Virus record (IMG/VR): IMGVR_UViG_3300035208_003217 | Length of the DNA stretch: 64,000 nucleotides | Reading direction: 5' to 3' (one strand) | Source of the DNA: a virus | Shown here: in pieces, positions 42,853 to 50,336 of the stretch | Numbering within the stretch: the first letter of the stretch is position 1 | Layout: each line of letters opens with the position of its first letter | Translations under genes and position numbers: made by a program | Notes under the pieces: model-generated | The model's database searches: none | Told to the model about the DNA's origin: nothing | The model's input: only the letters and a program-made list of their open reading frames with translations

Positions 42853-43734
42853 ATGTTAATGGATAAACAATCAAAGATTACCGCAAAACGTGGTATGCCT
42901 ATTGATTTAACAAACATCGCAAAAAAAACTGTTACTAAAAATTCAGAAACTGTACAGTTATATTATTTTAATGGTACAACTTATACAATAGATGGTGGAC
43001 AAGTAGCTGGAACGGTTGTAGTTGGAAAAACTGCTTATGATCCAATTATTGGTCGTATTAATGGTAGTGTAGCATCTTATCAAGATTCCTCGTTATCATT
43101 TACATGTGCTGCTCTTACAACTGAAGTCGAATTAGAAGAAAATGCTTTTGAAGCGGCAGATTATTTAAGTCCTTCAGATAGAGCAATCTTTCTTACAAGA
43201 AATTTTGCTAATGGAGAATATTGTATTGATTATAAAAAAGGTATAATTTATGGAGTAAAAGCAACTACGGCAACTTCTTTAACATCAGTTCGTTATAGTA
43301 TTGCGGCAATTGTTACAATTGAATTTGCTGATGGACCTTCCACAAGTCCAAGTTCTTCACCTTCTTCTAGTAGATCAACTTCTATTTCAAGTTCACCATC
43401 AAGTTCTGTCTCACCATCTACCTCACCTTCAACAAGCCCTTCTTCTTCAGTATCTCCAAGTACCTCACCTTCAACATCTCCTTCTAGCAGTAAATCGACT
43501 TCACCTTCCTCTTCACCTTCTTCCTCTCCTAGCAGTTCTGAATCACCGTCAACAAGTCCTTCTAGTTCTGAATCAACATCTCCATCAACCTCTGAGTCTA
43601 CATCACTTTCCTCAAGTCCAAGTAGTTCTCCGTCTACATCACCTAGTTCTTCAGAATCCCCATCAACCAGTCCGTCATCTAGTCCAAGTAGTTCAGAATC
43701 TTCTTCTCCTTCAAGTTCTCCATCTGGAGCTTAA
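42853..43734 (+). CDS. virion-module protein with C-terminal Ser/Pro/Thr-rich low-complexity repeat tail (about 140 aa)
   Basis: A 150 aa globular N-terminal part, then PSTSPSSSPSSSRSTSISSSPSSSVSPSTSPSTSPSSS... running to the C-terminus. Confidence 0.6.
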   Translation: MLMDKQSKITAKRGMPIDLTNIAKKTVTKNSETVQLYYFNGTTYTIDGGQVAGTVVVGKTAYDPIIGRINGSVASYQDSSLSFTCAALTTEVELEENAFEAADYLSPSDRAIFLTRNFANGEYCIDYKKGIIYGVKATTATSLTSVRYSIAAIVTIEFADGPSTSPSSSPSSSRSTSISSSPSSSVSPSTSPSTSPSSSVSPSTSPSTSPSSSKSTSPSSSPSSSPSSSESPSTSPSSSESTSPSTSESTSLSSSPSSSPSTSPSSSESPSTSPSSSPSSSESSSPSSSPSGA

Positions 43735-43752
43735 TAATTAATTAATAAATTT

Positions 43753-43953
43753 ATGAGAAACACTTTAATTAAAATCTTAACTTGGTTAAGTGGAAAAAAG
43801 GGTGCTATTGCCACAATTTTAATGGGTATTGTTGCTTATTTAGCAACAAAATCAATTTTTGGTGAAGCCGAAGTAGTTTTGGTTACGTTAATTATTGGAA
43901 CATTATTTGGCATAACAAGTCATTTAACTGGAAAGTTAGTATATAAAAAATAA
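43753..43953 (+). CDS. small two-helix membrane protein (holin-like)
   Basis: 66 aa with two hydrophobic helices and a Lys-rich C-terminus. Confidence 0.35.
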   Translation: MRNTLIKILTWLSGKKGAIATILMGIVAYLATKSIFGEAEVVLVTLIIGTLFGITSHLTGKLVYKK

Positions 43954-43973
43954 AGTAGATTAAATTTAAAGTT

Positions 43974-44279
43974 ATGACCGAAGATCAAAATACAATTGCT
44001 AATCAAGTCCAAACTGAGAGTATAGTTAAAAAGATATTAACCTCGGAGGTTAAATATATTATTGGAATTGTTATTTTTCTAGTAGGAGTTGTTGCTCCAT
44101 ATTATGATATTAAGACTGAGATTGCCCTAATTAAACAAAATCATATAGCTCATATTGAGACAATGGAAAAACAGATTGAAACCAATTCTACTGATATAAA
44201 GAGTTTAACAGAGACGCAGGTTAAACTAATGACAGTTATTGCCGAAAATAGTGTAAGGTTAACAAACCTAGAAAAATAA
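43974..44279 (+). CDS. membrane-anchored coiled-coil protein
   Basis: One transmembrane helix (YIIGIVIFLVGVVAPYY), then a coiled coil. Confidence 0.35.
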   Translation: MTEDQNTIANQVQTESIVKKILTSEVKYIIGIVIFLVGVVAPYYDIKTEIALIKQNHIAHIETMEKQIETNSTDIKSLTETQVKLMTVIAENSVRLTNLEK

Positions 44280-44280
44280 T

Positions 44281-45222
44281 ATGAATTTTAACGACCGAAA
44301 ATTTGGTTTGATTGAAGGTAAGAAGATAACTGACTATATTGCTGGTTCAAGTTCGCCCATTGTTAGAAAGAAATTAACAGATGGTGATTGGATAAATTAT
44401 AAACCAGAACATGAACAACAATTTAATAGTGAGAATCTTTATGATACTTTAATGTGTGTTACCTTCGCAACTTTAGATGCTCTTGAAACATTGTTTATGT
44501 ATCATTTACATAATGGAAACGTTTCTAAAGAGGATGTTGTATGGTTAAAAGAAAAAGGATACTTTAAGAATGGATTTATTAATTTTAATGATAGATTTTC
44601 GGCTATTAATGGAGAAACAAGTATTCATGGAGCATATCAATTCGCAGTTATAGATGGCATTAGACATAAAGGTTGTATTCCTCAAGATATATTTCCAATG
44701 GCTAATAATTTTATAGATAATATTGATCCTAAATTTATTACCCAAGAAATGTATGGTTTAGGAAAAGAATTTGTTAAGAGATTTCCAATTTTATATGAAT
44801 GGGTAGATAATAAAGATATCCACGAATATTTACAGTATGCCCCTCTAACTGCTTCTGTGCGTTATGATAGTGGAGATAATATATTAGATCCAATAGGTAG
44901 TCCAAATCATAGGATAATGGTATATAAAGCTACAGACGAATTTATTGGAGTTAATGATAGTTATGAGGAATTTAAAAAATATAATCCAAGTAAAGTCTAT
45001 TCTTATATGGCATTTTATTTGGAAACAAAAAATGATATGATATTAAAAAAAGAGAAAGGTAGTTCAGCAATTTATTTAATTAATGAAGATAACAAAACAA
45101 AAACAATGATTGTTGATATGCCTACGCTTGATTCATTAGGAGGAATATTTGAAGAGGTAGATAGTTTACAAATGTATTCAGATAAAGGAACTCTTATCTG
45201 GACTGAAAGAATTATAAATTAA
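44281..45222 (+). CDS. hypothetical protein (possible Cys/His peptidase-like)
   Basis: 313 aa with a conserved-looking Cys (DTLMCVTFATLDALE) and a distal His (SPNHRIMVY). The call is weak. Confidence 0.3.
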   Translation: MNFNDRKFGLIEGKKITDYIAGSSSPIVRKKLTDGDWINYKPEHEQQFNSENLYDTLMCVTFATLDALETLFMYHLHNGNVSKEDVVWLKEKGYFKNGFINFNDRFSAINGETSIHGAYQFAVIDGIRHKGCIPQDIFPMANNFIDNIDPKFITQEMYGLGKEFVKRFPILYEWVDNKDIHEYLQYAPLTASVRYDSGDNILDPIGSPNHRIMVYKATDEFIGVNDSYEEFKKYNPSKVYSYMAFYLETKNDMILKKEKGSSAIYLINEDNKTKTMIVDMPTLDSLGGIFEEVDSLQMYSDKGTLIWTERIIN

Positions 45223-45223
45223 T

Positions 45224-46036
45224 ATGTTATCAATAATAATTCCAAGTTATAAAGATCCATATCTTCATAAAACAATAGATTCTCTTTTAGAAAATGCTGA
45301 AGGAGAAGTAGAAATAGTTGTTGTATTAGATGGATATCAGCCTACTATACCAATAAAAGAAGATAAAAGAATAAAAGTTATTCATTTAGGAAAAAATAGA
45401 GGAATGAGAGGAGCTATAAATGCTGGAGTATTAGTATCAAAAGGAGAATATATAATGAGAACTGATGAACATTGTTTATTTGGAAAAGGATATGATATTA
45501 TTCTTACAAAAGATATTGAAAATAATTGGATTGTTACTCCTAGACGTTATTTTTTAAATCCAGTAGATTGGAAAATAATGGATATTCCTCCTACAGATTA
45601 TGGAGACTTAAAGATACAAGGAACTGGTTCAGGAAGAAAATTTCATGGTCAAGAAAATAAAGAACTAGCAGAACAAAGAAAGAATATCATGATTGATGAA
45701 ACATTTGCTATGCAAGGTAGTTGTTGGATAATGAGACGATCTTGGTGGGATAAAGTTATTGGAGAACTTCAAATAGAAGGATATGGACCTCTCTATCAAG
45801 ATAGTCATGAAATGGTTTTTAAGACTTGGAAAGCAGGAGGCAAATTAATGGTTAATAAAAATACTTGGCACGCACATAAACATAGAAGCTTTAATAGAAC
45901 ACATAGCAATGGAACAAAAGAAAATCCGTCTAATAATGAAGCTTGTTTTGCTTATTCACTTAGTGTTTGGGAAGATTATTATAACGAATTAAAACAAAAT
46001 GGCAGATTTGACTATACTGTTCTTGACAAACAATAA
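45224..46036 (+). CDS. family 2 glycosyltransferase (GT-A)
   Basis: N-terminus LSIIIPSYKD...EIVVVLDG is typical of GT2 (IIP.YN then DD/DG). It is a paralog of the ORF at 49356..50321 (shared WHAHKHR / WYAHMFR region). Confidence 0.65.
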   Translation: MLSIIIPSYKDPYLHKTIDSLLENAEGEVEIVVVLDGYQPTIPIKEDKRIKVIHLGKNRGMRGAINAGVLVSKGEYIMRTDEHCLFGKGYDIILTKDIENNWIVTPRRYFLNPVDWKIMDIPPTDYGDLKIQGTGSGRKFHGQENKELAEQRKNIMIDETFAMQGSCWIMRRSWWDKVIGELQIEGYGPLYQDSHEMVFKTWKAGGKLMVNKNTWHAHKHRSFNRTHSNGTKENPSNNEACFAYSLSVWEDYYNELKQNGRFDYTVLDKQ

Positions 46037-46691
46037 GGTTCCTAAAAAATGGGCGGAATATCATTTTCAGAAATTAAAAGAAGCTGCAGGAGAATACCCT
46101 ATAATAACCATTTCAAGAATTCCAATGTCAGGAATAAATTTAATACAGACAGAATCAGAAAGTTCTTCGAATATTTATTGGCAATTATTAAGAGGTGCAA
46201 AACTTGCCGAGACTGAATATATTGCAGTAGCAGAGGATGATACACTTTATACTAAAGAACATTTTCATTCATTTAGACCTGATGGGGTATTTGCTTATAA
46301 TCTAAATCGTTGGACTTTATATACTTGGGGTGAACCTATTTATTCTTTAAAAAACTTTATAAGAACCAATGCAGTTTTAATTGCTCCTAGACAATTAGTT
46401 ATTGAAGCATTAGAGGAAAGATTTGCTAGATATCCACATGATATGAAAAATATTCCGTTAGGGATGTGTGGGGAGCTTGGATACTTTGAAAAGGAATTAG
46501 GAATAACATTAAGACGAGCAATTGAATTTAAAACAATAGAACCAGTTGTTCAATTCGACCACGATTATTTTACAGGGGATAATTCAGAGAAAGGATTAAA
46601 AAGAAGACATACAAAAATATTAGGAACCATAAGAGCTTATGATATTCCTGTATGGAGAAAAGCAAAAGATTTAGTAACAAAATTTATATGA
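45999..46691 (+). CDS. paralog A of a 3-member tandem family (putative nucleotide-sugar transferase-like)
   Basis: Shares AEDDTLY, TWGEP and LIAPR.L.IEALEERFA blocks with the next two ORFs. Confidence 0.45.
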   Translation: MADLTILFLTNNKVPKKWAEYHFQKLKEAAGEYPIITISRIPMSGINLIQTESESSSNIYWQLLRGAKLAETEYIAVAEDDTLYTKEHFHSFRPDGVFAYNLNRWTLYTWGEPIYSLKNFIRTNAVLIAPRQLVIEALEERFARYPHDMKNIPLGMCGELGYFEKELGITLRRAIEFKTIEPVVQFDHDYFTGDNSEKGLKRRHTKILGTIRAYDIPVWRKAKDLVTKFI

Positions 46692-46809
46692 TAGAAAATA
46701 TTAAAAAAAGAATTCCTTGGAATAAAGGTAAAAAAGGATTACAAATAGCCTGGAACAAAGGATTAAAAAGAAAAAGAATATTGGACAAATTATTTTAAAA
46801 TTAAAATGT

Positions 46810-47493
46810 ATGAAAATTAACGACATCACCGTTATTTATTTAACAGCAAGTTTAATTCCGGAAGAATTTGGAAAATTTCAAAGACAAACTTTAATAGATG
46901 CTATTGGAGATACTGCTTTAATTAGTGTATCAAGAAAACCTTTAGACTTTGGAATTAATATTATAGACGATGGGAAAAAGTGTACACACAATATATACGT
47001 CCAAATGTTACGAGCTGCTAAAATGGCTACTACAAAATATATAGCCATAGCGGAAGATGATACTTTATATCATGAAACACACTTTACATTTCATAGACCA
47101 GCAGATGATGTATTTGCTTACGACCAAAATAGATTAGCATTGTTTACTTGGGGTGAACCAATGTTTCACTGGAGAAATCGTCGAAGTAATTGTTCATTAA
47201 TTGCTCCTCGTGAACTTCTTATTGAAGCTCTCGAAGAACGATTTGCGAAATGGCCGAATGGAATTCCTGAAAATATTGTTGGAGAATTAGGAAGAGGAAT
47301 GGTTGAAAGAAATTTACATGTTATTGAACGTAAGTCAGAAGATGTATTTAATAAATTTTCCTTAATTCAGTTTAATCATGAAGCAGCATCAGAAAAAAGA
47401 CAAAGATTACATCGAAAATCATATGGTCCGATAAAAGCCTATGATATTCCAATCTGGGGCAAGGCTGGCGAATTAGTTAAAAAATATGTTTAA
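46810..47493 (+). CDS. paralog B of the tandem family
   Basis: AEDDTLY, TWGEP and LIAPRELLIEALEERFA. Confidence 0.45.
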   Translation: MKINDITVIYLTASLIPEEFGKFQRQTLIDAIGDTALISVSRKPLDFGINIIDDGKKCTHNIYVQMLRAAKMATTKYIAIAEDDTLYHETHFTFHRPADDVFAYDQNRLALFTWGEPMFHWRNRRSNCSLIAPRELLIEALEERFAKWPNGIPENIVGELGRGMVERNLHVIERKSEDVFNKFSLIQFNHEAASEKRQRLHRKSYGPIKAYDIPIWGKAGELVKKYV

Positions 47494-48145
47494 AGATTCA
47501 TATACTATCATCTATTATACCGGAAATCGTGAAAATTCTGAATTTGAAAAAAAGATAGTTGATAATTTAAAAGAACAAGCAGGTGATATACCAATTATAA
47601 GTGTCTCACAAAAACCAATGGATTTAGGAAAGAATATTTGTGTTGGTAATGTGGGATTTTCTTATTTAAACGAATGGAGACAGATATTAATTGGAGCTAA
47701 AGAAGCAACAACACCTTACATTATATTTGCTGAATCAGATTTTCTTTATCCTAAAGATTATTTTAAATTAATACCAAAAGGTTTAATGTATGTATATGAT
47801 AATATTTGGATTGTAATGGATAAAAAATATGGTGATTGGTTTTGGAGAAAGAAACAATCAGAAGGAGCACAAATTGTAGATAGAAAACTTTTAATAGAAA
47901 GATATACAGAATTTTTAGCAGGATATCCAATGTGGTGGGAAGGAGAAATAGTAATAGGTAAAAGAGGAAATAGTCCTTTATGTGGTGTTGCTTATGAATA
48001 TTTTACAGGAGACCCAGCAATTAGTTTCAAAACTGGAGATGGATTAAGAACAGTAACAAATGTTATTAAAAAAGATAAAAAAGAAAAACTTCCATTTTGG
48101 GGGTCTATAAAACAATTAAGACAAAAATATTATGAGGTTAACTAA
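47486..48145 (+). CDS. paralog C of the tandem family (more diverged)
   Basis: Collinear with paralogs A and B (AESDFLY). Confidence 0.4.
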   Translation: MFKDSYTIIYYTGNRENSEFEKKIVDNLKEQAGDIPIISVSQKPMDLGKNICVGNVGFSYLNEWRQILIGAKEATTPYIIFAESDFLYPKDYFKLIPKGLMYVYDNIWIVMDKKYGDWFWRKKQSEGAQIVDRKLLIERYTEFLAGYPMWWEGEIVIGKRGNSPLCGVAYEYFTGDPAISFKTGDGLRTVTNVIKKDKKEKLPFWGSIKQLRQKYYEVN

Positions 48146-48614
48146 AAATTGGAGTAGTCATATGGCTATGCTTATTAAAACAATAATGCTAACAGATAAA
48201 CCAGTACTGGAAATTGGTTCAGGATTATTTAGTACTCCTCTTATGCATTGGCTATGTAAGATGCGAGGTCTTAAATTAGTTACATATGAAAATATAGAAG
48301 AATATTATAAATTTGCTAAAGGATTTCAAAGTCCTAATCATCGAATTAAATTTGTCAAAGATTGGAATGAAATTGATTTAAAAACTCATTGGGGAGTTGT
48401 TTTAATAGATCATCATCCAAGTGAACAAAGAGGACTTGATGCTATTCGTTTAAAAGATAAGGCAGATTATTTAGTATTACATGATTCAGAAAAACCAGAA
48501 TTTTATAACTATGAACAAGCATACCCACATTTTAAATATAGATTTGATTGGATAGAGTGTAAACCTTGGACAACAGTACTTTCAAACTTTAAAGATTTAA
48601 CAAACTTAAAATAA
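48132..48614 (+). CDS. class I SAM-dependent methyltransferase-like protein
   Basis: Motif I VLEIGSGLFS (hh(D/E)hGxGxG). Confidence 0.5.
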   Translation: MRLTKNWSSHMAMLIKTIMLTDKPVLEIGSGLFSTPLMHWLCKMRGLKLVTYENIEEYYKFAKGFQSPNHRIKFVKDWNEIDLKTHWGVVLIDHHPSEQRGLDAIRLKDKADYLVLHDSEKPEFYNYEQAYPHFKYRFDWIECKPWTTVLSNFKDLTNLK

Positions 48615-48618
48615 ACGT

Positions 48619-49377
48619 ATGACAACAAAAATTTATGGATTAGGGTGGGTTGGTAAAGCTATGAAGACTCTTTTTCCGGAGTCATTAGTTCACGACCCAC
48701 AACAAGGATTATTTAGTGAAGAAAAATGTGATGTAGCATTTATCTGCGTTCCTACTCCATTAAAAGATGGAAAATTAGACACATCAATTGTAGAAAGTGT
48801 TATTAAAAATTGTGAAGAAGATTTAATAATTTGTCGTTCTACTGTGATGCCTGGAACTTGTGATAAGTTAGAAAAATTGGGAAAAAATATTGTCTTTCAA
48901 CCTGAATATTTAGGCGAAACAGTTAATCATCCAATGACAGATCAAAAAGCAAGACCATTTTTAATATTAGGAGGTAAGCCTGAAAACAGACGCAAGGTTA
49001 TAGAGCTTTATCAAAAATGCTATAACGCAAATATAACAATCAGACAGGTTAGCAATTACGAAGCAGAAATTATAAAGATGACAGAGAATCGGGCAATCGC
49101 ATTTAAAGTTGCTCAATGTCAAGAGTTATATGATGTATGTCAAGCTGCTGGTGTAGACTATTATACTATTCGCGATGCTGTCTATGGAGATGATCCTCGC
49201 TTTAACCTATGGTTTACATTTATATTTCCAGAAGCAAGAGGTTTTAATTCTAAATGTATTCCTAAAGATATTTATGGTTGGGCAAGTTGGGCGGAGTCAG
49301 TTGGTTGTATTCCTGAATTAACAAAAAAATTATTAGAAGTAAATGATAAATTAATATGCCAAAACTTAGTATCTTAA
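48619..49377 (+). CDS. UDP-glucose/GDP-mannose dehydrogenase family protein (short form)
   Basis: Rossmann GLGWVG, ICVPTP, STVMPGT and the catalytic-Cys motif GFNSKCIPKD (cf. GGSCFPKD). The usual C-terminal domain is absent. Confidence 0.6.
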   Translation: MTTKIYGLGWVGKAMKTLFPESLVHDPQQGLFSEEKCDVAFICVPTPLKDGKLDTSIVESVIKNCEEDLIICRSTVMPGTCDKLEKLGKNIVFQPEYLGETVNHPMTDQKARPFLILGGKPENRRKVIELYQKCYNANITIRQVSNYEAEIIKMTENRAIAFKVAQCQELYDVCQAAGVDYYTIRDAVYGDDPRFNLWFTFIFPEARGFNSKCIPKDIYGWASWAESVGCIPELTKKLLEVNDKLICQNLVS

Positions 49378-50321
49378 TACCATCAAGAAATGAAATGTTT
49401 CTTGGCAGAACAGTACAGGATATTCTTGAAAATATAGAAGACGATACTGAAATTATAGTTGGACTTGATGGATGTAAAGATAATTCAGAAATATTAAGTG
49501 ATCCACATGTTGTCGTAGTCAGAGTTGCTGAAGCTATCGGACAAAGAGCAATGACAAATTTATGTGCTAGATTATCAAAAGCAAAGTACCTAATGAAAGT
49601 TGATGCACATTGTTCATTTGATAAAGGATTTGATAGAAAGATGATAGAAAGAATGAAAGATAATTGGACAATGGTACCAACAATGAGAAATTTATGGGCA
49701 TATGATTGGAAATGTAATAATTGTGGTTGGAAAATGTATCAAGGACCTACTCCTCAAATTTGTCCAAGTTGTGATAAGAAAGGAAAGATAAGAAGAAAGA
49801 TGATGTGGATTGGAAAAATAAAACCACAAAGTAATTCTTACTGCTTTGATCAAGAACCACATTTTCAATATTTCAATGAATATACAAAAAGAGATGAATA
49901 TAAAAAGATGCTTGCTGATACTGGATTAACTGAAACAATGTCATTACAAGGTTCATGTTTTATGTTAACAAGAGAAAAGTATTGGGAATTAAATATCTGT
50001 GATGAATCATTTGGTAGTTGGGGAAGTCAAGGAATTGAAGTAGCTTGTAAAACTTGGTTATCAGGAGGAAAGGTTGTTGTTAATCACGATACTTGGTACG
50101 CTCATATGTTTAGGACTCAAGGAGGGGATTTTGGATTTCCTTATCCTCAATCTGGAACAAAAGTACAACAAGCAAAACAAACAGTAAGGGAATTGTTTTA
50201 TGATAATCGTTGGGAAGGTCAAGTTAGACCACTGTCGTGGTTAATCGAGAAATTTTGGCCAGTCCCAGGATGGGATGAAGATGCAAGACAGAAATTGCTG
50301 GCGTGGCCACTAAAGAGATAA
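49356..50321 (+). CDS. family 2 glycosyltransferase with inserted zinc ribbon
   Basis: LSILIPSRNE...IIVGLDG and an inserted CNNCGW...CPSCDKK zinc ribbon. Confidence 0.65.
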   Translation: MPKLSILIPSRNEMFLGRTVQDILENIEDDTEIIVGLDGCKDNSEILSDPHVVVVRVAEAIGQRAMTNLCARLSKAKYLMKVDAHCSFDKGFDRKMIERMKDNWTMVPTMRNLWAYDWKCNNCGWKMYQGPTPQICPSCDKKGKIRRKMMWIGKIKPQSNSYCFDQEPHFQYFNEYTKRDEYKKMLADTGLTETMSLQGSCFMLTREKYWELNICDESFGSWGSQGIEVACKTWLSGGKVVVNHDTWYAHMFRTQGGDFGFPYPQSGTKVQQAKQTVRELFYDNRWEGQVRPLSWLIEKFWPVPGWDEDARQKLLAWPLKR

Positions 50322-50336
50322 TAATTAATAAATAAT

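Noticed and set aside
43301-43741. 146 aa plus-strand ORF overlapping the Ser/Pro repeat gene. A related 272 aa minus-strand ORF lies at 52986..53804.
   Set aside because: These are alternative or antisense frames of low-complexity TCN/AGY repeats. They translate to Leu/His/Gln-rich or Asp/Glu/Leu-rich nonsense with no start context. They are artefacts of the repeat.
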